Shown here in pieces: positions 60,019 through 64,000 of a stretch of DNA of 64,000 bases. Below the pieces are notes generated by a model, which was not told the origin of the DNA, made no database searches, and saw only the letters and a list, made by a program, of their open reading frames with translations. The DNA is taken from NCBI GenBank assembly GCA_963845065.1, contig CAWJQQ010000009.1, positions 960,001-1,024,000 of the forward strand, given 5' to 3'. Each line of letters opens with the position of its first letter. Position 1 is the first letter of the stretch. Both the position numbers and the translations under genes were made by a program. The DNA comes from Nitrospirota bacterium. Lineage in GTDB: Bacteria > Nitrospirota > UBA9217.

Positions 60019-60187
60019 GCTGCGGACGCATTCAGTAGCATTGGCGACAGGCTCGGGAAAAAAGAACAATGATCTTCATACCAACCTGATCAAATAAATG
60101 TGTAGCATCTGTCGATGCTTCGTCAACAAGTCCCACCGCTAAAGGTATCTCGAGGTGGATATGATTCTGCCCCCCACTTTCCTGCTC

Positions 60188-60562
60188 TTATTGCGTTTTC
60201 GCAAGACTTAAACTAATTTCGTTAGAATAGACGCTCTCGTTTCCAGCAGTATCATAGGCAGTCACTGCGATATAGTAAGAGCCAGGGAGCGGTACAGATG
60301 AGGAAAGAGTAGTGACTGAAAGTGAGGTTACATTCCCGACATCTATAGATGCGGTATATCTGCCCGACACAGTACCATAGTATATTTTATAACCTGTAAG
60401 ATTGGTAATGAGCGAACCATCAGTGTTCGTTGTCGGTGCAGCCCACATCAGTGTTTTGGCTACGTTGTCGGAGGGCAATGCCGATTGGCCGCCTCCTCCG
60501 CATCCTGCAAGGGACACAATGAGTATTGTAATAAAGGTAAATGAGACTATACGCGTGTACAT
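60188..60562 (-). CDS. Small lipoprotein with FN3-like domain
   Basis: Lipobox LAGC-GGGG; LMWAAPTTNTDGS...GYKIYYG...YYIAVTAYD...SNE. Confidence 0.82.
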   Translation of the reverse strand: MYTRIVSFTFITILIVSLAGCGGGGQSALPSDNVAKTLMWAAPTTNTDGSLITNLTGYKIYYGTVSGRYTASIDVGNVTSLSVTTLSSSVPLPGSYYIAVTAYDTAGNESVYSNEISLSLAKTQ

Positions 60563-60662
60563 TGTTGGACTCTCCGACTTAACCGAACAGATTACTGAGT
60601 ATCAATAATCTTCAATTAATATATTAAAATATGTATATTTTTGTGCTAATATATACTAAAAA

Positions 60663-60842
60663 AAGCTATATGCTTTTGCAAAAAATAGTGTTACATACAA
60701 AACTGAACGGAATTATTATCGTGGCTGCAAATTAAAACATCCAAAATTATGACGGAGCATAAGAGTGATTAAGGCCTATGAGCTTAAGCATTTTGCCAAT
60801 CGTGGCAAAGTAAACAAAGCTCCTGTCAAATATGGAGCGTAG
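60663..60842 (+). pseudogene. Internally deleted IS607-like remnant (tnpA N-terminal and tnpB N-terminal fragments)
   Basis: KLYAFAKNSVTYKTERNYYRGCKLK resembles the IS607 TnpA HTH start. From GTG 60765, VIKAYELKHFANRGKVNK resembles a TnpB N-terminus. Confidence 0.4.
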
Positions 60843-61029
60843 TACACGCCACTATAGGATGGCTCCGGGCTTACTGTCGTCGAATACTTATTTTGCAGGA
60901 CCGCTGGCACAGCCCAAAGGGTTTTTATAGGTAGTAATGGTTTTCTATAAAAGTTCGTACTATTGTACGTCGATAATTTCTCCTTGACAAGAAAATAAGA
61001 TTGAGAAAAGCTACTTTACTTTATCGCCG

Positions 61030-61497
61030 GGAATTCCCCTTCCGAGGAGGGGATGAAAGACGACATTTGCGACAAGATAAGACCTCCCATAACCTCGTAT
61101 AGTACCTATGGGCACATAGTGGCCGAAGACCTGAACATCAAAGGTATGGTAAAGGACCATTACCTTGCCAAATTAATATCAGATGTTGGATGGGGACAAT
61201 TTCTCAATTATCTTGCATATAAAGCGGAAGAAGCTGGGTGCAAGTCTGAGAAAACCGCTCCTTAACACACAAGCATCATTTGCAGCTGTTGTGGAGAACA
61301 AGTCCCCAAAACGCTTGCCGAAAGGGTGCATAGTTGCCCTTTCTGTTAGACCGTTCTGGAACGTGACCGCAACGCTGCAATAAATATTCTGGAAAAGTCT
61401 GCGGCAGGAACTGCCGTAATCTACGCTTGGGGAGAGGTGGTGCATCAATACCCCTCAACGAACCTAGAAGCCTTGTCCGTGGGGTGAGGTGGTTCAC
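61030..61497 (+). pseudogene. tnpB: IS200/IS605 tnpB 3' fragment with element ends
   Basis: One frame reads IVAEDLNIKGM...ISDVGWGQF...YKAE*HTSIICSCCG...CPFC*..DRNAAINIL, with two stops. Left hairpin CCCCTTCCGAGGAGGGG; right end ...GGGGTGAGGTGGTTCAC. Confidence 0.85.
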
Positions 61498-61544
61498 AAA
61501 ATGAAACCACCACAGTACGTACCACGTATTAACGTGACGCCGAC

Positions 61545-63611
61545 CTACAACAATTTTCCCATCTCTACTAGGACATTGTAATAGTTCTCTCTCATCCACT
61601 TGGGGTTATGGATTAAATAATTATATTTTATCTGAGAATCAAAATGATAAAGCCAGTATAAAAGGGTATATGGCACCAACAGGTCCTCAGTGCTTCCAAA
61701 GAATGATCCATACTTCCGCACAAGTGCCTTCTCTGAATCGGATAAATTATTTTTCATTAAAATATCCGTCACGGTACGACCTAGTTCCATATCCTGAAAA
61801 ATATTATATGACGATTCGATTAAATTGATCAGATCGATCAGGATAGGCCGTTGCTGCTCCGCATTATCCCAATCGATTATCCCCCGGATGGTATAATCAT
61901 TCGGATCTATCAATATATTCGCGACGCTGAAATCACCGTGTTTAAGAGCCAAGGAAAGACCGGAATCGATGAAACTGTTCTGTAGCATCGTATCAATTTT
62001 ATCGAAGGCAACCTGTACGTTTTCGCCTATGCATCTCACTCGTTCAATGACGTTTCCGATGCATCGCATATAATCAGTTTGGCCCCAGGTAGCCTGTGTA
62101 ATAGTAGCTTTATGTAAACTCACGATAAAGTCTAGCGCATTAAGCAATATCCTGTCCCGTGTTGCTACATTATTCCTCACCCGGCTGACTTGTACACCAC
62201 GCATTTTATCTTCAAGATAAATAGTCTGGCCTTCGATTACGTGCTTTCCGCATGGTCTCGGTATAAGTACTTTGATTTTTTCCGATATTGTGCTGTCATT
62301 ATGAAGAATTGACAGCATGTCATAATTTTTTCTGTTCTGAGATTCTGCAATGCCGTCAATGGCGATTTTCACGATGAATCCACGCTTTAGATCATTTTTT
62401 TCGACAAGGTCCAAAACAACATTTCCTTTCATCATGGTATGATATCTGTTTAACTCATATTTCCCGCCAAATTCGCTGGTTACCAAACTTAAAATATTTT
62501 GGACGAAATTATCAGTCTTCCCATTTTTACGGGCGACGATTCCGAAAGAAGGGCATAAATATTTACTCTTGAATAGTTTGTTCTTGATACTATCCTTTAT
62601 ACATCCCCGGCCGATTTGTTGCGAATTCTTATTATCAAAAAATAGTATTTCCTGGAATAGCCGGTGATCAGGCTTTAGAGAATAGAAATCGGATTGCTCA
62701 AAGTTGCATCGTTTTAGAATTTTTCTTAAAGTAGTATGGGAGCGGGAATAGTAACGATATCGCCCTCCACCAGTGAACAAGGAGAAGAGGTTCTCAAACA
62801 ATCGTAGCACGGGTGCAGAGGACATCAGATTTGCATTATTATCGGGAGTTTTGATGAAATGGCGGTAATTGAATCTGTTGTCTGTCGCCAAATAAAGGGT
62901 TCCATTCGTTTTAAGCATACGATTGATTTCATTTAAATAATTAACCTGGACATCCAAAGGGTCCGACGCGCTCCATGGTTCTGTCGTTGTTATTAGATCT
63001 CTTCGAAATTCGATTTCATTGTTGACTTTCAGATCTTTTACTATCAAGGGAACCTGCTCAAAGACGCCGTTAATGCAAATGAGGTCGAAAAAACCCGTTG
63101 GAAATGGCAAGTACTTTGTGTCGCCGCCAGCAATGACTTTGATATTTTTGATGCCGTTTTCCATCCATCTTCTTTGAACTAGCTCAAGGTCATGAAAAAC
63201 CGTGTCCATCACAAAAACGTTTCGAAAAGACCTGCAAAGATTTAACGACGATATGCCAGTACCGCAGCCGATAACTAACGCATTGTCTGCATGAGATAAG
63301 TCCGTTAAATATTTCCAGCCGGCTTGCATTTCAACATAAAACATCAGTGCATATTTGGCCCTGGCTTCATCAGATGACAATTTGTCGAAAACCATCTTTA
63401 CGTTCTGGTCCGATGTTATGTTGGTGCTCGTATTGGATGCCGGGTTCAACTGACTCTCGTTGTTGAGGTTCAGAGAACGGGCTGCATCTTTATTGAATAA
63501 GGGGATTTCTTGCCTGATTGGAAAATCTATTTGGCATGTAGAACAACGAAAAAATGAATTTTCGCTGTGGAGATTAAGGCCGCAAGAGGGACATCGGAAA
63601 TTCATAAGCAT
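61545..63611 (-). CDS. Class I SAM methyltransferase fused to an APH/kinase-like phosphotransferase, with N-terminal Zn-ribbon
   Basis: CPSC...CSTC; VIGCGTG, LPFPTGFFDLI, LKTNGTLYL; C-half HGDFSVANIL, IIDWD, DLINL. Confidence 0.8.
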   Translation of the reverse strand: MLMNFRCPSCGLNLHSENSFFRCSTCQIDFPIRQEIPLFNKDAARSLNLNNESQLNPASNTSTNITSDQNVKMVFDKLSSDEARAKYALMFYVEMQAGWKYLTDLSHADNALVIGCGTGISSLNLCRSFRNVFVMDTVFHDLELVQRRWMENGIKNIKVIAGGDTKYLPFPTGFFDLICINGVFEQVPLIVKDLKVNNEIEFRRDLITTTEPWSASDPLDVQVNYLNEINRMLKTNGTLYLATDNRFNYRHFIKTPDNNANLMSSAPVLRLFENLFSLFTGGGRYRYYSRSHTTLRKILKRCNFEQSDFYSLKPDHRLFQEILFFDNKNSQQIGRGCIKDSIKNKLFKSKYLCPSFGIVARKNGKTDNFVQNILSLVTSEFGGKYELNRYHTMMKGNVVLDLVEKNDLKRGFIVKIAIDGIAESQNRKNYDMLSILHNDSTISEKIKVLIPRPCGKHVIEGQTIYLEDKMRGVQVSRVRNNVATRDRILLNALDFIVSLHKATITQATWGQTDYMRCIGNVIERVRCIGENVQVAFDKIDTMLQNSFIDSGLSLALKHGDFSVANILIDPNDYTIRGIIDWDNAEQQRPILIDLINLIESSYNIFQDMELGRTVTDILMKNNLSDSEKALVRKYGSFFGSTEDLLVPYTLLYWLYHFDSQIKYNYLIHNPKWMRENYYNVLVEMGKLL

Positions 63612-63822
63612 AAGTGGAAATAACTCCCCGATTGGTTATTTCTCCGAGGAACATGACATGCTCTCGAGCATGTCCGACCGTGCTTTCGCCATTAGATTCG
63701 GTAATTATGCCCGTTTTGGACCGATTACACCACGGACGTGAATTTTAAAATGTAGCGCAATACTTAAGCATGATACTGGCTTCACAACTACTTAACAATA
63801 AGGAATATCCTGGATGTAGCTC

Positions 63823-63940
63823 AGGGGCACGCCGGGATTTTCAGATTAAAGTCGTCCGTTAGATATTGGGCGAGGTTGTATATTCTGTTAGGAGCTCCGC
63901 TCGAGAAAACCCACATGCTTTAGCGGGGGAAAACATCCAA
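63823..63940 (+). mobile_element. Probable IS200/IS605 3'-end remnant
   Basis: AGGGGCACGCCGGGATT...GAAAACCCACATGCTTTAGCGGGGG; shares an 18-nt core with 53440-53457. Confidence 0.4.
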
Positions 63941-64000
63941 ATAAAAGAGAAACTCGTAAAGCGGATTCCGGCTTGAGAAGCACACACGATGAATTTTCCG

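Noticed and set aside
1..64000. tRNA/rRNA genes and the many short antisense ORFs in the track
   Set aside because: No RNA gene was recognised by eye; the antisense ORFs overlap well-supported genes.

Overview
Nearly the whole window is one large Wzx/Wzy-type exopolysaccharide (EPS) locus. Gene content resembles Geobacter-like Desulfuromonadota or Nitrospirota, which is an inference. A co-directional + strand run of about 54 kb (3177-57234) encodes an atypical receiver protein, an ExeA-like ATPase, a NusG/UpxY-type antiterminator, a priming sugar transferase, Wza-, Wzz- and BY-kinase-like export proteins and an outer-membrane beta-barrel. It also encodes glycosyltransferases, deacetylases, acyltransferases, two AsnB-like amidotransferases, an ACP/acyl-AMP ligase module, a flippase and a polymerase/ligase. 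Many of these resemble families associated with exosortase A/PEP-CTERM systems, but no exosortase or PEP-CTERM protein is visible in the window. Instead the locus carries giant Ig-repeat surface proteins, one ending in a dockerin-like domain, plus a cohesin-like lipoprotein and a divergently transcribed secreted cohesin protein upstream of glmS. The cohesin gene and the dockerin-adhesin gene each sit behind one copy of a duplicated ~440-bp non-coding module (2648-3087 and 20138-20588, inverted). Each copy has a sigma-54-type promoter and an identical 24-nt sequence at the predicted transcription start. The best candidate for an undescribed system is therefore a co-regulated cohesin-dockerin surface-display system coupled to EPS synthesis. 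The right end holds an intact IS1380-family element with a 5-bp target duplication, two FN3-like lipoproteins, IS607/IS605 (tnpB) remnants and a methyltransferase-kinase fusion. All calls come from manual motif reading; no database searches were run.
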